A stretch of DNA of 58,016 nucleotides, taken from the NCBI GenBank assembly GCA_030647265.1, contig JAUSJM010000034.1:1-58016 (forward strand). The letters run 5' to 3'. The position numbers were made by a program, and so were the translations under genes. The notes below the pieces were generated by a model, which saw only the letters and a list, made by a program, of their open reading frames with translations, searched no databases and was not told the origin of the DNA. This DNA is from a bacterium. GTDB lineage: Bacteria > Patescibacteriota > Microgenomatia > Daviesbacterales > UBA10151. Of the stretch, positions 58,016 to 58,016 are shown one piece after another (the stretch's first letter is position 1; each line of letters begins with the position of its first letter).

Positions 58016-58016
58016 T

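Noticed and set aside
1..58016. CRISPR array, rRNA, transposase, integrase, canonical parS
   Set aside because: None recognised by eye; the repeats found are short, dispersed and lack spacers.

Overview
Chromosomal window from a Patescibacteria (CPR) bacterium, most likely Microgenomates; this assignment is an inference from the missing rpmD/L30, long charged ribosomal-protein tails, mostly SD-less starts and gene content. 98-18916 holds tuf plus the S10-spc-alpha and rplM-rpsI ribosomal cluster. It is interrupted after rpsJ by a 1.1-kb patch (diverged duplicate rpsJ 3' end, frameshifted RHH gene, DUF4258/DUF2283 pair) and by an orphan gene between rpmJ and rpsM. 19-39 kb is accessory and metabolic: GT4 plus glycoside hydrolase, UDG, TsaC, P-type ATPase, ppsA-eno-gpmA, two D-2-hydroxyacid dehydrogenases, HicAB, S66 peptidase and tRNA-Pro(GGG). 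39-58 kb carries recA-recX-rny, HU, a TrpR-like regulator, miaA, RNase P RNA, comM, an orphan ParB-like gene, and a secD/secF operon split by two unknown genes. Most notable non-standard signals: (1) several families of short palindromic and heptameric repeats, many in frame inside core genes (rplD, rpsQ, rplQ, eno, recA, recX, miaA), one showing compensatory covariation; (2) a palindromic motif shared by recA and the TrpR-like gene; (3) a rod-shaped 6S-like RNA candidate upstream of rny; (4) a 10-aa lysine-rich micro-ORF with its own promoter and a perfect SD; (5) widespread leaderless-type starts. No rRNA, CRISPR array or transposase was seen. All family calls are by motif recognition, not database search.
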